Of a stretch of DNA of 64,000 nucleotides, positions 60,270 to 64,000 are shown piece after piece; positions within the stretch are counted from its first letter, which is position 1, and each line of letters starts with the position of its first letter. The stretch lies in assembly GCA_905331295.1 (NCBI GenBank), contig CAJNYD010000003.1, positions 62,001 through 126,000 on the forward strand, written 5' to 3'. A model generated the notes under the pieces. That model was not told the origin of the DNA, searched no databases, and was given only the letters and a program-made list of their open reading frames with translations. The position numbers were made by a program, and so were the translations under genes. The DNA comes from Rotaria socialis (taxonomy: Eukaryota).

Positions 60270-60997
60270 ATGGAATAATCGATAACAATTCAGACAGAAT
60301 TTCTGACACCATGGTCGAATTTATCTATCGAAGAGGAATATTTAGGTATGCATTTTCTTACAATCATTAAGGTTTTATTTTTAAAATATTCAGCGAGATA
60401 ACATGGCCAGCAACTGTAGTCAAACAAGTAGACGATAAACAAATGGAAAATCATGAAAATGAACGGGTGAGCAACAATTAAATTATCTTAATTATTTATT
60501 TTTTGAAAAGAAACAGTCAAAATTGAACACAATCAAACCAGATGAAGCTAAAATAATCACACCTATGCACATGTCAAATATTCATATGGATAATGATTAT
60601 TCACCGATTGATGTTGAAAAGACAGTTGATGTTATTAATTCGTAAGTTACTAAAAATACTCTCTATCGATTTATTTGAGAATACATAATAGGAATATACC
60701 ATGGAAATCATACCATAATCTGGATGATGATGATGATCAATTTTCATCAGTGCTATCTACAAAGGAAAATGTCGGGAGTCCGTTAGATGAAAACAGTCAA
60801 GATCGCCACTCGACTTCTGCTTTGAAAAGACTCATTATCAGTGATGGCCAGTAGTTGTGTACCTTTTATTTTCTATTATTTACTTATTGTTTTCTTTTCT
60901 TTTAGATCGAACACTTCACTCAAGTCATGCCATAGATGATGAGAATCATTTTCGAAGTTCAATTCATATTCATATTAATCAAATTAAGAGTCTCTAA
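60270..60997 (+). CDS. Unknown multi-exon gene (acidic, probably disordered); 5' end unresolved
   Basis: Five short exons separated by ~50-65-nt GT-AG introns stay in frame (DGIIDNN..MVEFIYRRGIF|SEITWPAT..|SKLNTIKP..|NIPWKSYH..|RTLHSSH..KSL*). No domain recognised. Confidence 0.55.
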
Positions 60998-63327
60998 TAC
61001 CATTGAAAATTTGTACTTCTGATTATACTCGAGATTTTTTATGAAATTTCTATGCTGACTAAATAGACTTATTTCAGCATAGTTAATCAATTCTTTCTTC
61101 AAATTGAAAATTTCTTTCTTTTTTTGTTTGCGAATTAAATAATTGATGATTTTTATTAACTATAGATTTCTCTTCATTTATTTAAATAATAATGAGTTAG
61201 AAACTTCGTAGGGCATAATAAGTATGGATTTATTTTGCATGAATTATATTATCGTCGTTATCTACTAAAAATTAAGATATGTTTTTCATTTATAAATTTC
61301 ATAACGCGAATTGTAGTTATTAGTGTGATTAATTTATATCTAATGATAGGTTTCTAACATGTAATAATTCTCCAGACTATTAACGTTTCCTTTTTTCGAT
61401 TACCAAATTATGAACGAGAAATAATATTTGTATGCAATAAAAAGAAATTTACATATTTATTCTACAAGTTAAGATATTTACTTAGATAAATTCATTCGTC
61501 TATAATTTGAATGAATCCTTGAAATTCGTTTTTCACAATCGATAAAACATTGTGTGGGGATAACATTTATACCTATGTGAGTTTTATTACTATGATCTGT
61601 TGTTATATTTGAAAATCTTTTACGAAATAATTAAAACTACAAAGTAAATCGAACGAAATTGTTCAACACAATCTCATTTTTTTAGAATTTTCAAAACCGA
61701 ATGTAATATATTCCATCATAAGTCTCTTCTAGTTTGCTATAATTGAGTTATTTGCAAATTTTTCTTTTTTAAAGTTCGCACCACTATTTTTGTTGACTCC
61801 TCTCCATAGAATACGCACAAATTTAAGAAAACAAATCACGCCAGGTGTTGTTTGACTTAATCTGAATATTGTTCAATGAAAATTTGTGAATTGAATTTTT
61901 ATTTGCTTAGTAATTATCTATTTAGACAAATATTCCAAAGTACTCTTAAAAAATATCAACATAAAATGATTCAAACAATGTTCAAATGTATACATTTCGG
62001 AAGAGGATTAAATATCTTCCAAAATATGAATAATTCTACAATAGTTCATTTTAACAAAGTCAGTTACTGTGCGGAAGTAACTATTGACTTCTATCGTCGT
62101 AACTATGAATACATTTAATAAAAATAATCTATGTAATATTCAATACAACAGAAGAAAGATATCTAATATTATTTTTATCATGAGTCATAGATATATAAAG
62201 AGAATAGAAATGAAATAATAGATCTTTGCATAAACGTACTACGTAACTCGAATTGATCAGACTCAATAGCTGGTCATATTTTGTTCTATTGATGAATCAC
62301 TTAGAACCTTACTTTTGAATATAATGGAATAATTATTAAAACATTCCATGCATAAATCCACTTGAAAGAAAAAATTATTGAAAAGGTTACTCGTAGTCAA
62401 CCGTAAAACTCTTTTAAACATTATTGATAATAATAGAAATTTGAAAAAAACTTCAAGAATATCAACAAGAATTATTATTTTTATTCAATTCATTTTCTTA
62501 CTAATAAAAACCCTTTTTACAAGTAGCAGTAAAACTAGAACCCTATTTGTTAGATCGACTTATGAAATAAGATAATTAGTATATAGTTCTTACTTGGCAA
62601 TATATTCATTGAAATCTTGACGTTTTCTATTCATATGTATGCATATTTATATTTCATTTCTTACCAATTTACTAAAAAACAATGCAATTGACATGAACGC
62701 ATTCTAATCATTGTATTACTCAAGTTGATTTCTTAAACTTTTTCCCCAATTGCTTTTTCTAAACAGTTATCTTCATAGGAATATTTATATTAAAAACTAA
62801 CCGATTATATATTCTGATGAAGCTAGAAAGTTTCTACTTTACAGTGCATTTATCGGTCGTTACGTGTTTGTGTTTTGTTTATGTTATGTTTTACTCTTAA
62901 GAGAAAAATTCTTCCTAGAATTAATATAAATTGATATCGAAATTAATGTGCTCTTCTTGTATAAAGTTACACAGTATTTTATATTTATTTTCCGACCTAT
63001 GATGGAGATAACAACTAAGTATACTCGATGACGAAGTCTAAATTACTTTATGCTCTTATTTTTTATATCTAAGCTCAGAATCATAGGAAAATTCAACATC
63101 TAACAAAATTTGTATTTACACCTTCAAAGCGTTTTCTATGATAGCACTAAAATTCAAATAGAAACGAAGAGAACAATAGAAAAAATAATTATGAGAGTCA
63201 TCTTAATAATTGCACTTACTTTGTAATTAGATTATACTTCAGTAATTGAGAAAAAAACTAAAATCAGAACGGAGTGATGTCATAATATCCTTACAACCGG
63301 TAACGACTTATTAGCACAAACACGCTA

Positions 63328-63602
63328 CAGTATCCACATTAGGTGCATCCACTTTTGGGTATCCGAATTTGGGTATTCACATTTGGGTATCCACTTTTGG
63401 GTATCCACATTTGGGTATCCACATTTATATATATATATATGTTTTGAAAAGCTGAGGAATTTGAGTTGTTTTGGTGTATCCACTTTTTGGGTATCCACTT
63501 TTGGGTATCGACATTTATATATACATAAATGTCGATACCCAAAAGTGGATACGCTTAATGTGGTTGCATCAGATTGTAGATGCACTAAGAATGGATACTC
63601 CA
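63328..63602. repeat. Minisatellite-bearing element (gggtatccacttt units) with a perfect 28-bp hairpin and degenerate TIRs
   Basis: ~14-bp units tttgggtatccac(t/a). Stem 63491-63518 pairs with 63525-63552. Ends cagtatccacattaggtgcatc and gatgcactaagaatggatactc. Confidence 0.8.
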
Positions 63603-63689
63603 TAAACTATTGCTGCATAGGGTATTGTGACGTAAACCTCTCGATACCCAGTGTAAAGATATTATGACATCTATGCGTAAACCATAAAA

Positions 63690-63831
63690 ATTCAGTCCCG
63701 TTTACGGTGCCGTATTACTGTGTCAGGTATTACGGGCAAATACGACCTATTTACTACCGTAAATATACCGTTTTGACATCGTTTACCGTCGATAAACAGA
63801 CCGTAAACGAGTCCGTTTTGATCAACCTGGG
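63690..63831. mobile_element. MITE fragment ending cctggg
   Basis: Rich in ccgt/acgg; terminus ttgatcaacctggg. Confidence 0.5.
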
Positions 63832-63833
63832 CG

Positions 63834-64000
63834 GACATGAATCCGATAGAACATCTTTAGGACGAACTCGAACTTCGTATGAAAAAGCGGCAGCCAAAAA
63901 ACCAAAAAGAACTCCGAGAAACACTTAAAGCCGAATGGCAAAATATCGGACCAGACGTGACGAACAAGCTGGTCGAATCTGTTCCAAATCGTTTGTACGA
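63834..64000 (+). pseudogene. Tc1-family transposase C-terminal relic (runs off the window)
   Basis: Frame from 63834 reads DMNPIEHL*DELELRMKKRQPKNQKELRETLKAEWQNIGPDVTNKLVESVPNRLY, matching the Tc1 SPDLNPIEHLW motif with TAG (63858-63860) in place of Trp. Confidence 0.88.

Noticed and set aside
63325..63667. CRISPR-like array or repeat-protein ORFs
   Set aside because: The units are adjacent ~14-mers without unique spacers, there are no cas genes, and the context is eukaryotic; the ORFs are repeat artefacts.
63707..63928. 73-aa ORF
   Set aside because: Wrong frame; the real signal is the Tc1 transposase frame starting at 63834.

Overview
AT-rich eukaryotic (metazoan) DNA with many short GT-AG introns. 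The gene compaction and repeat style resemble a bdelloid rotifer; this is inference only. Genes were rebuilt by reading exons by hand. In order: a single-pass receptor with LCCL, two C-type-lectin-like domains and Tie-type EGF repeats but no kinase; a convergent, overlapping WH1/PH-like + CRIB gene; an atypical trypsin-like serine protease with a CxxC..CxxC insert; a small secreted cationic protein; a GDPD; FOXO; a decayed KLHDC3; a class A GPCR; ACK/TNK2 with a RASSF9/10-like gene nested antisense in its largest intron; IFT57 head-to-head with CCDC12; MOB2 with three candidate first exons; and an unknown multi-exon gene. Mobile DNA includes a Helentron/DINE-like non-autonomous element with three 3' ends, several MITEs, and Tc1 and possible hAT transposase relics. 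No searches were run, so all family calls rest on motif recognition.
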